42,379 bases of DNA from Escherichia phage aldrigsur, in the sequence record MN850592.1; one strand, given 5' to 3'. The stretch's first letter is position 1. Every line of letters starts with the position of its first letter. Of this stretch, positions 34,072 through 42,379 are shown piece by piece. Made by a program: the position numbers and the translations under genes. The notes beneath the pieces were generated by a model that worked only from the letters and a program-made list of their open reading frames with translations, was not told the DNA's origin and searched no databases.

Positions 34072-35831
34072 TAACGTAGTCTCCGTCGCACGCCGCGCAC
34101 AGGCTTATGGCTGCGCCACTTCGAGTCGTCGTAACCCATGGGGTTGGCAAGGAACTCTTGTGCAGCAGCAGTCTCGCGCTTGGCAGCTTCTTCATGTTCG
34201 TCCTGCTGTAGCACCTCAGCGTGCAGGTACACGGCAGCAGATAGGGTTTCAATACGGTCATCATGAGGGATTGATTGACGGTCTTGGGTCAGGTTCTGGA
34301 GCTGCCAGAACAGACTGAACTCGCGACCACCGTTATTCATCCCCCGGCACAGCCGCAGGTCTTCTTCAACAACGCACCAATGCACAACGACACGGTGGCG
34401 CTGCATGATTGGGCCGAGGCGGTTGATGATACGCACCTCTTTCTGGCCGGACGAGTACACGCCTTCGCAGCCAATGGTCGAGCTCTGCCGCTTAATCTCA
34501 CCTCGGTACATGTTGGTCACGGTTCCGTGGCCCATGTTATCCTCAATGACCAGCCGTTTAACGCCGACCTCAGACAACCACTCTACCGCCGCCTTGATGT
34601 TCTCCTCCGTCTGGCCGCCGTGGTAGACGTGCATACCAATGACGTGGATAAACGGGCCGACAGAAGCTGTGGCGATGATAACTGATTCGTCCGACCCACC
34701 ACCAGCAGGGTCAAGAAACGCCGAGGTATTTTCGAATGGTACATACGTGTCCGAGAAGTCAGCAGCCAAGAATAGCTGAGCGCGAGCAAGTGGGAAATCC
34801 AGTGGCAGCTCGGCGGCATGGCGCGGGTGGTTCGACCAATGCAGAACCTCTGGCGCAGACTGCGTAGAGCCGTGGAAGAAGATTAAGTCTCTGAGATGTA
34901 ACGTTTGTTTGAGCGCATCAGACAGCGACGTGTCCAGCATGAACTGCAACTGGAAGCCTGCCTGCTGATAATCTCGTTCGTTCTGGAGCTGCTTCTCCTC
35001 AGAATAACGCTGAGGGTCAGTCTGAGCACCACGGTTCCCAAGGATACCGTAGCCAGTACGCAGTTCCGGGTGGCCTTCCATCTTCTGCTTAATCCACGGG
35101 GCCAGACAGCCGCCGTACCGTTCTTCTTCTTCCGGCGTAGGGAAACGACCGGGCCAGATACGAACGTCGAAGCCACGCTGCGGGAGCGTGTTATAGATGG
35201 AGTCCTGAGTCTGCGGGGTGCCGAGGTACAGAATCTCTGCACCATCGTTGGCGATAGCCGCGAACTCTTTGGTCAGGGTGTTGATACGGGCGCGGTTGGC
35301 AGGAGAGCTACCGTTACTGGTAGTCTCCACGTCATCGGCAATCAACAGCGATACGTGGTTCCCCTGCAACTGGCCGAAGATACCGACCGCTTTTACAGAG
35401 GGCTGTTTGTCAGGGATACGGAACGCGTGATGCACGTCAAAGCCGTCAGTGTATGACGTACGTGCGCCAGCGCGAGTCTCCGGGCGCAGCCATTCAAGTC
35501 TGTCCCATTGCATGATGGCAGACACGATAGCGTGCGAGAGCGTGCCAGCATAGTCATCCGAACCGGAGACCAGCAGCACAGTGGCGTTCGGCATCTGCAC
35601 AAATTCGTACAGAGCACGGGCAATGCCGATGGTGGACTTAGCCTCACCACGCTGCGCCATGACGCACTTGTTCTTGAGCGTCCTGTCGGCCATGTAGCGG
35701 CCAATGTCGAGCTGCATTTCAGTGAGGTCAAAGCCCAGCCATGCGAAGTAGTCATGCAGGAACAGCGGGAAGTTGTTCTCGTAGTGAGCGCGAACGATTC
35801 CTGCCATCACCATGCGGCGTTGTAAATCCAT
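34071..35831 (-). CDS. Terminase large subunit (T7 gp19-like), 586 aa
   Basis: Size close to T7 gp19; position after small terminase subunit and tail fibre. Confidence 0.8.
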   Translation of the reverse strand: MDLQRRMVMAGIVRAHYENNFPLFLHDYFAWLGFDLTEMQLDIGRYMADRTLKNKCVMAQRGEAKSTIGIARALYEFVQMPNATVLLVSGSDDYAGTLSHAIVSAIMQWDRLEWLRPETRAGARTSYTDGFDVHHAFRIPDKQPSVKAVGIFGQLQGNHVSLLIADDVETTSNGSSPANRARINTLTKEFAAIANDGAEILYLGTPQTQDSIYNTLPQRGFDVRIWPGRFPTPEEEERYGGCLAPWIKQKMEGHPELRTGYGILGNRGAQTDPQRYSEEKQLQNERDYQQAGFQLQFMLDTSLSDALKQTLHLRDLIFFHGSTQSAPEVLHWSNHPRHAAELPLDFPLARAQLFLAADFSDTYVPFENTSAFLDPAGGGSDESVIIATASVGPFIHVIGMHVYHGGQTEENIKAAVEWLSEVGVKRLVIEDNMGHGTVTNMYRGEIKRQSSTIGCEGVYSSGQKEVRIINRLGPIMQRHRVVVHWCVVEEDLRLCRGMNNGGREFSLFWQLQNLTQDRQSIPHDDRIETLSAAVYLHAEVLQQDEHEEAAKRETAAAQEFLANPMGYDDSKWRSHKPVRGVRRRLR

Positions 35832-36136
35832 TAGTGCATCATCCCGCTATCTTCTGCGATTGAGTTAATGGCAGCGGTCATAATATCCTTACGACCTGCC
35901 TCGGTCTTTTCGTTATTCAGTTGCTCTTGCAGCGCCAGCAGGTCATCTGCGTGGTCTTTGTCAGCCTGAATACCGTTGTCTTTCAGGAACTGGCGAAGTA
36001 CGGACAGCTCAGCCGCCGCCATAGGTTCGATGATGTTACCATGTTCATCTTTCCTACGAGCGTCGGCCAAGCGGTCGGACAGATACTCCACCAGCATCCG
36101 GTGCAGCCCGTCGAGCTGCTTGTTCACGGATGCCAT
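35831..36136 (-). CDS. Terminase small subunit (T7 gp18-like), 101 aa
   Basis: Small helical protein directly upstream of and overlapping the large subunit. Confidence 0.6.
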   Translation of the reverse strand: MASVNKQLDGLHRMLVEYLSDRLADARRKDEHGNIIEPMAAAELSVLRQFLKDNGIQADKDHADDLLALQEQLNNEKTEAGRKDIMTAAINSIAEDSGMMH

Positions 36137-36145
36137 GGTTTCTCC

Positions 36146-38518
36146 TTAGATGTAAGCCACCGGGTATGTAGCGGCGAGCTGCGTCCCAGCAGGGATAGCA
36201 GTCACCAGCGGCGGTGTGATGTCAATGCGCACCGGGTTCCCGATGTTGTTATCCACCTGATACGGCGCACGCACTACGGTTACAGTGAGCGCACCACCAC
36301 TCGGCCCTGCGCCCGGCACCTGTAGGCGAGTACCAGCCGAGATAGGCTTATGGTACAGCCACGATGTAGACGCCTGAGTACCAGCCGGAGTCAGGTTCTG
36401 CTCCAGATACGTCTGGCCAGCGGCAGCAGCACGCACCTTGAAGTTGTTGCCATCATCGGGGATGTAGGCACCAAACCGGGTTACGATGAAGTTGCCACCT
36501 GAGCCGTCAGTCTTGAGCAGCACAGTGCCTTCCGGCAGCTCTTTGCCAGTAGGGAACTCATTCCCGTCCAGCGTAGCGAGGTCGTTCGGCAGAGTGTAGA
36601 TGCGGTTGACTGGTGACAGGATGACACCCACGTTACCTTGGATATTGGTGTACGGGATAGCACGCACGTTGGAGTTCAGCGTGCTAATGTCAGAGTACCG
36701 AGCCTTACTGTACAGCGCACCCTCGGTCATGCCCGGCCCGTAGAAGTTCACGTTCACCATGTTCAGGCACGTCTTCTTACGCGGGTACACACCGTTGGAT
36801 GAAGTACCACCACTGGAGTCATCGCCAACAGCGTCGAACACGACACCAGTAACGTTGGTCATATTCAGCAGAGTAGCCACACCGAACAGCGTCATCTTGT
36901 AACAGTGAATGTTTTCAAGGTGATATGTGTTAGTGTTGGTGTCATCTGAGCCTACGCCAGCATAGAAGCGCCCGGTACGGGTCTGTACGTTGCGCACGGT
37001 CATGTCGAAGGATGGACATGCAGCGCCCGGCGTACCGCCAGCACCTGCTTGGTTGGCACCCCACTCCAGCATAACGAGACGAATATCGTTAGGGGAGGTT
37101 GAACCAGTGTTGATAGGCTCACCCACCACACCGTCAATGGTCATGCGTTTGCAGCCGTACGTGATTACGCCAGCAGCAGACAGGCCAGTACCAGTGGACA
37201 CGGACAGGTCAGGGTTACAGACCACGTTCTCGCACACGCTGTCGCGGGTAACTTCGAAGTGGACAACCTGACGTACACCGCGCGGAGCATGGACGTTACG
37301 CACGGTCACGTTCTTCGCGTACTGAGTCTCAGCAGCGTCCCAACCGAACGGGCCTTGACCAGCGATACCGATACCGATGCCCCAGTTGGACAGTGGAATA
37401 GGTGCGTTGGTGCCGTCGATATTCTCAAGGTAGATGTTCTCAATCAGCAGGCCACCGTCATAGTGCTTGTTGATTACGTTCATCTCAATACCATCACCCA
37501 TCATATCCATCATAGCGACGTTGCGGATAATGCCGTTGGTGATAGCCTCACCAGTACCTTGTTGCAGAATACCGAACTTGCCGTTGCGGTGGATACCGTT
37601 CTCGATTACGTAGCTGCCCCCGGCGATGTTGCCTTGGAACAGGATTGACGTAACCTTGGAGTTGCTCGGCGCACTGGTGAACTCATAGTCAGCAATGCGA
37701 ACCTTGCCACCCCAGTACGCCACGCGCACAGTGGATGCCTTGAAGTTGCGGAACGTTGAATCAATCAGTCGAATATCTGCCTTACCGTGCCACGTACCGC
37801 CGACGACCTCAATACCATCCATCGTCACCGTGGAGTCCACAGTGCCTTCCCAGCCGCGTGCATCCACAACCTTACCGTTTGCCTTGGCATAGTCGAAACA
37901 TGCCTGCACAGCGGCAGCGATGGACGCATAGCCAGTGTTGTTGGTGAACTCTGACAGACACACAGTGTCCTGACGGTCGAGGAATGTGCCACCGCCAAGG
38001 GTGCCAATCCACTTACCGCCGTCATTCATCGCCAGCGCAATGGCCAGAGCTGAGTCAGGAATATCAACCAGAGGAATCATGAACGGCTGGCCAGCGTTGT
38101 CAAAGCCCAATGCCTTGTTACGGCGGCCAGCGACGTTCGGTAATGCGTTGATGGAGACTTCGGAGTTCGGGACACGGACTGCGCGGTCAAGTGGCGCGAG
38201 CCATGCCTCCTGAGTTTCCTCAGCCTTAAACAGAATCTGCTCGAAGTTCTCGTCGAGGTTGCTGCCCGTGAAGGCAGCGTCCTGACCGAACTTGTTAAGC
38301 AGCGTCTCAGAGGTGTAGCGTTGCAGGCGTACGATTGTTCCGGCGACAGGTGCCGTCGAGAAGACAATCTGCTTGGTCACAGAGTTGTAGGTGTACCCTT
38401 CCGTCACGAGGGTGGAGTTGAGGTACACCTGAATCTGCGTAAATACGCGCTGCTCAAAGGTGACGAGGAACGCAGTCTGCGTCCCGTTCGCCACGTAGGT
38501 GTTATAGCTGTTCGCCAT
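36146..38518 (-). CDS. Tail fibre/tailspike with T7 gp17-like N-terminal adaptor and beta-helix body, 790 aa
   Basis: N-terminus MANSYNTY...DENFEQILFKAEETQEAW resembles T7 gp17 N-terminal domain; central region has repetitive N/V/G/T beta-helix-like rungs. Confidence 0.8.
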   Translation of the reverse strand: MANSYNTYVANGTQTAFLVTFEQRVFTQIQVYLNSTLVTEGYTYNSVTKQIVFSTAPVAGTIVRLQRYTSETLLNKFGQDAAFTGSNLDENFEQILFKAEETQEAWLAPLDRAVRVPNSEVSINALPNVAGRRNKALGFDNAGQPFMIPLVDIPDSALAIALAMNDGGKWIGTLGGGTFLDRQDTVCLSEFTNNTGYASIAAAVQACFDYAKANGKVVDARGWEGTVDSTVTMDGIEVVGGTWHGKADIRLIDSTFRNFKASTVRVAYWGGKVRIADYEFTSAPSNSKVTSILFQGNIAGGSYVIENGIHRNGKFGILQQGTGEAITNGIIRNVAMMDMMGDGIEMNVINKHYDGGLLIENIYLENIDGTNAPIPLSNWGIGIGIAGQGPFGWDAAETQYAKNVTVRNVHAPRGVRQVVHFEVTRDSVCENVVCNPDLSVSTGTGLSAAGVITYGCKRMTIDGVVGEPINTGSTSPNDIRLVMLEWGANQAGAGGTPGAACPSFDMTVRNVQTRTGRFYAGVGSDDTNTNTYHLENIHCYKMTLFGVATLLNMTNVTGVVFDAVGDDSSGGTSSNGVYPRKKTCLNMVNVNFYGPGMTEGALYSKARYSDISTLNSNVRAIPYTNIQGNVGVILSPVNRIYTLPNDLATLDGNEFPTGKELPEGTVLLKTDGSGGNFIVTRFGAYIPDDGNNFKVRAAAAGQTYLEQNLTPAGTQASTSWLYHKPISAGTRLQVPGAGPSGGALTVTVVRAPYQVDNNIGNPVRIDITPPLVTAIPAGTQLAATYPVAYI

Positions 38519-41500
38519 TATTCGCCCTTAACTGCTTCGTTGAGTGCTCGGACACCCGGCACAATGGAGATTAGTGGGAGAGCCTGAATGATGTTCCCGG
38601 CAGCCTTGCGAGCGTCATGCCCGGCTTGGTCGATGTCACCAGTAGCCAGACTCCCTGCTGTAGCAGAGGTGGCCCCAGCGATACCGTACAGGCGGTCGAG
38701 GAACAGCAGGCCCGGCGCACCGAAGCTGCGCTGCTGCCCGGTCAGTACACCAGTGAACTCAGAGGCGAAGCCAATAGCACCAAGATAGTTCAGTGCCTGA
38801 CCTGCCAGTTTGTTCGGTGCCATAGTGTCCGGGTCAGAGAATGCCTTGCCGGAGATGACGTTGTTGGCAGCAGTGGCCATCATCGCCAGCGGGTACTGGT
38901 ACGCCATCAGCGTAGCCAGACCACGCGCACCCTCGCGATTCCAAGTACCAACCAGCGTCTTGTTGTGCGTAGCCGCGACGAAGCGACGGAACGTAAACAG
39001 GAACTTACCGAGGGTACTGAACTCTGCGAAAGCAGGCAGCTCACCTACACGAGCGCGAACAATAGCGTCATCCATGGCGTTCATCATGACGATGCGAGAG
39101 CGATTGAACACCCCTTCATCCCAAGCGTCAGGCTTGGTGCCATGAGTACCAACCTGCTTGCGAATGTCAGCCAGCAGCGCATCGTTGGCCCCGTAGGTTT
39201 TCATGGCTGCAATAGCCTTGGCATCACCTTCGGCTGCCTTGCGCAGCGTCTGCATCACGAGCGCAGCGTTGGTTCGAGTCTGGTGGAAGTGGATGTATTT
39301 CTGCATGTTGATGAACATCGTGGCATCGCGCAGGTGTTCCATACGCATGACCCACGGCGACTTATCCGCAGAGAACATGTCGTCATAGTGCTGCATGATT
39401 GGGCGCATACGAATATCACTCGCAACCGCCGCAGTCAGAGCTTCCTCGGCATCAAGTGCCAACTGACGACCTTCCTTAGTAGACACCCTCATTTGCTTAA
39501 ATAGTGCGCGTGCTTCGGGAATTGTACGCATCATGGCGCGAAACGTATTGACTGCCCCGAAACGTTGCATCATCGTGCCGTATTCCACCAACTGCCACAG
39601 ACCAGATGCAGCCAGACCAGTGGCCTGAGTCAGCGCCGACAACTGACGCATGAACTCCGGCATCTCCTCACCAACAGGAGCACCTTGGTAGTAGGCCATG
39701 ATGTTGTCGTACTGGTCGAGAGCCTTGCGGCGTGCAGTGCTGTCCGGGATAGATTTGGCCAGAGCCTCGCGAGCAGCAGCTCGTTCAGCGTCAGTACCCA
39801 ATCCAGCCTCGTGCAGAGCCAGTCGCCCAGTAATGCGTCGGTTATAGCTGTCCATCATACTGGTGATGCTGTCATCGAACAGGTCACGCACCTGCAAGTT
39901 AGGGCCAAGCGTGTGCATCATGTCGATGTTGATACGGCTCTTAAGCATTGACGGTCTACCAGCGTCCGAGCCAGACTCACGAAGGAGCGCTGACGCACGG
40001 GCCTTGGCAGCCTCGTCCATACCTTTCGTGTTCGCGATGATTTCGAGTAATTCATCACGACCCTCCTTGTTGATAATCATCCCGGAGTTGTCGATACCAT
40101 AACCCTTACGACGAGCACGCTCAACCATAGCGTGGGCAATGACGTTGGCAGTCGGACGGTCAGTACCGATACCGCGCTGCACAGCAGTCGTCATCTGCTT
40201 CATGAATGGTTTCTTGCCGAGCAACTGCTCAGCCTGCTCAATCTTGGTCACGTTCATCCGGCGCGGGTAGTAGTACGGGTTCTTCTCAACGAAGCCCGGT
40301 TCAACCATACCCTTGTTCTCCAGCTCACGGCCAACGGCACGGGAGTATTCCCCCAGTCGGTCGGCAGCGTTGGCCACATTTGGGTTAGCGCCTTTGAAAC
40401 TGGGGTCAATCATACGCTTATCCAGCTCCAGACGCACAGCAGCTTCAAACTCCTGCTGCGCCCGGCGATAGCCTACCGGGTCGCGGAAGCGCCGGATGTT
40501 GCTCCAGCCATCAGCGTTCAGGGCGTTGCGCAGTGTATCCTCATACTGGTTCAGCAACACACCAAAGCGAGCCTGAGTCTCGCGCTGGATAGACGCAGCG
40601 GAGGTCATGTTCGGATTCAGTGGGTCGTCCAGCAGTCGCCCGGCCAGAGCACTTGATTCATCAGAGTGCTGGCTGAAAGACTTGAACAGTGACCACTCAA
40701 GGAACGGACGCTTAGGGTTGGTCTGCTCACCACGGCGTGCGAGGTCGAGTCCACGCTGAGCCGTAGCCCGGATGGATTCAGGAACCTCGTCAACGACAGC
40801 GGCACCGCGTGGGCCAACACCGAGCGACATCGCCAGCGGCGACATAGCATTGTTCGGGTCGAACTGCGGCGGGTTGTTGGGGTCGATACCGTTACGGCGC
40901 TGCATCTCAGCAGCGAACTCCTCCGGCGACAGTTCATCAAGGCGACGAGCTGGCGCGGCGGCGGGACGATAGAATGCGGTGGTGGCCGCCCCGTGCAGGG
41001 CAGCCGCGAAGATAATCTCGTTCTGAGACACTGGGCGTGCTTCGTTACCCACCGCTGTCATAGTGGCAGCAGTTGAAGCTGCACCGACAGCGGCGGTTCC
41101 GAGGCGACCTAATTTCAGGGCAGTGCCTGCTCCCATCGAGAGCAGGTCGGTGGCGAGATACAGCGGGTCAGCGAATTGCAGAACCGCGTTCATCACCGGG
41201 GCAGTGTGAGCCAACTGGGTACGCTCACGCATCTCTTGGAGCTGCTGGGTACGCCAGTTGAACTCGTCCATGGATTTGGATTTGAACAGGAACGTCCGGT
41301 CATCTGCACCCACCGGGAACTGTACGTTCTGCAATGCCTCGTTGGGCTTGAAGTCCGGGTCAGCTTGGAAGGTGGGCTTGTTGAACGCGGCATCAAAGAG
41401 CTGGGTGGTGTCCCAGTTCTTCACAGAAGCACTCAACGCCGTGGCCATCGGAGTTGCTTCCAGTTCCTGCATCTTGTCGAACTGCTCGACGGCACCCTGA

Positions 41501-41628
41501 CGAGTGGCATCTTGCAGTGGAGTGCTGAGGTCAGCAGTCTTTACGGGAGCTGGAATAACCAGCGAGGGAGCGTTGGCCCCCTGCTTGGGAGCCATGAACT
41601 TGTCGAGCGATTCTTGTGTGATAATCAT
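38518..41628 (-). CDS. Internal virion protein C-like (large core/ejection protein, T7 gp16 analogue), 1036 aa
   Basis: Size and position between internal virion protein B and tail fibre. Confidence 0.7.
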   Translation of the reverse strand: MIITQESLDKFMAPKQGANAPSLVIPAPVKTADLSTPLQDATRQGAVEQFDKMQELEATPMATALSASVKNWDTTQLFDAAFNKPTFQADPDFKPNEALQNVQFPVGADDRTFLFKSKSMDEFNWRTQQLQEMRERTQLAHTAPVMNAVLQFADPLYLATDLLSMGAGTALKLGRLGTAAVGAASTAATMTAVGNEARPVSQNEIIFAAALHGAATTAFYRPAAAPARRLDELSPEEFAAEMQRRNGIDPNNPPQFDPNNAMSPLAMSLGVGPRGAAVVDEVPESIRATAQRGLDLARRGEQTNPKRPFLEWSLFKSFSQHSDESSALAGRLLDDPLNPNMTSAASIQRETQARFGVLLNQYEDTLRNALNADGWSNIRRFRDPVGYRRAQQEFEAAVRLELDKRMIDPSFKGANPNVANAADRLGEYSRAVGRELENKGMVEPGFVEKNPYYYPRRMNVTKIEQAEQLLGKKPFMKQMTTAVQRGIGTDRPTANVIAHAMVERARRKGYGIDNSGMIINKEGRDELLEIIANTKGMDEAAKARASALLRESGSDAGRPSMLKSRINIDMMHTLGPNLQVRDLFDDSITSMMDSYNRRITGRLALHEAGLGTDAERAAAREALAKSIPDSTARRKALDQYDNIMAYYQGAPVGEEMPEFMRQLSALTQATGLAASGLWQLVEYGTMMQRFGAVNTFRAMMRTIPEARALFKQMRVSTKEGRQLALDAEEALTAAVASDIRMRPIMQHYDDMFSADKSPWVMRMEHLRDATMFINMQKYIHFHQTRTNAALVMQTLRKAAEGDAKAIAAMKTYGANDALLADIRKQVGTHGTKPDAWDEGVFNRSRIVMMNAMDDAIVRARVGELPAFAEFSTLGKFLFTFRRFVAATHNKTLVGTWNREGARGLATLMAYQYPLAMMATAANNVISGKAFSDPDTMAPNKLAGQALNYLGAIGFASEFTGVLTGQQRSFGAPGLLFLDRLYGIAGATSATAGSLATGDIDQAGHDARKAAGNIIQALPLISIVPGVRALNEAVKGE

Positions 41629-42379
41629 TCCTGCATACCTGCGAGTAGAGTTTGGACGTAATACTGCTTACGCTCGTCCTGCGACAGCTTATAAGCCGGG
41701 GTCGCAGCCAGAGCCTGCACAGCTTTCTCTTGGTCGCCAACACGGATTGCATCAGCCAGTTTGCTGTACGCACCATCGGTACGATACCAGCTTGAACCTG
41801 CCTGATAACCCATCTGCATCATGAACTGGAACTGGGCATCGTTATCACGACTCCACCCCAGTGCAGCAGCAGTGCCGGGCATCTGCCGGGCTACCATGTT
41901 GGTGTGTTGCACGAACGTATCGTGGATAGTTCGCGGCGACCACTCAGTACCGCCTTTCATACCAGACGCTTGGCCTTGGGCAAAGTACGGGCTACGGTCG
42001 GAGATACCGACACCGTTAGTCTGTACGCCAGTGCTGTCGCGGTAGGTGCTGCTGCGGATACCTTCGAAGTCAATCAGTTTGCCACGGGCAACAAGCATAC
42101 GCTGCTCGTCTACCCCCGCAGTATTAACGCCATTCACGCGGATACCCACGTTACTGGTCTTATCAACAAAGAGTTTCCCGTCGCCATACACTTCGTTGTT
42201 GGCAGTGGCTGCTGCACGGTCGTCTTCACGGATGCGTTCCTGCACGAGCTGCGGCAGAATGCGTACCGAGTTCGGGGAAACGTCACCTTGCTTATTGAAG
42301 AACTGAACATTCAGAGAGCCATCTGGCATAAACGAGTAGGACGACTCGAAGCCTTCTGGTGCCTTGGTCTGGTCAAGTG
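41625..42379 (-). CDS. Internal virion protein B-like, C-terminal part (same gene as 1..1942 if the sequence is circular)
   Basis: Minus-strand frame open from the window end to stop at 41625; frame is continuous with the ORF ending at position 1 (joint codon GCA from 42378-42379 plus 1). Confidence 0.65.
   Translation of the reverse strand, partial: LDQTKAPEGFESSYSFMPDGSLNVQFFNKQGDVSPNSVRILPQLVQERIREDDRAAATANNEVYGDGKLFVDKTSNVGIRVNGVNTAGVDEQRMLVARGKLIDFEGIRSSTYRDSTGVQTNGVGISDRSPYFAQGQASGMKGGTEWSPRTIHDTFVQHTNMVARQMPGTAAALGWSRDNDAQFQFMMQMGYQAGSSWYRTDGAYSKLADAIRVGDQEKAVQALAATPAYKLSQDERKQYYVQTLLAGMQE

Noticed and set aside
1-42379. tRNA or other structured RNA genes
   Set aside because: No region showed a cloverleaf-compatible arrangement by eye and intergenic space is minimal outside the terminal region; a proper tRNAscan/Infernal search is still needed to exclude them

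Overview
The window (42,379 bp, GC-rich) reads as an essentially complete genome of a T7-supergroup podophage with phiKMV-like architecture: the single-subunit RNA polymerase gene sits at the end of the DNA-metabolism module, directly upstream of the structural module. All convincing genes are on the minus strand; plus-strand ORFs in the track are antisense shadows. The assembly looks circularly permuted: a large internal-virion-protein gene starts at 1942 (minus), runs off position 1 and continues in the same frame from 42379 down to 41625. In transcription order (descending coordinates) the layout is: a noncoding terminal region with a T-depleted repeat block (31.2-31.6 kb); four tandem sigma70-type promoters (31.06-30.71 kb); an early region of about 25 small genes including two tandem paralog arrays with a conserved upstream hairpin/box module (30.25-24.3 kb); replication genes (primase, helicase, a CCA/poly(A)-polymerase-like nucleotidyltransferase, DNA polymerase, exonuclease, endonuclease VII, phosphoesterases); RNAP (12986-10554); portal, scaffold, capsid, tail tubular A/B, internal virion proteins, tail fibre/tailspike, terminase small/large; and a lysis cassette ending at 31810. 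No rRNA, tRNA or CRISPR array was recognised. Functional calls rest on motifs I recognise by eye and on synteny; no database search was run. Hand-counted motif coordinates may be off by 1-2 nt.
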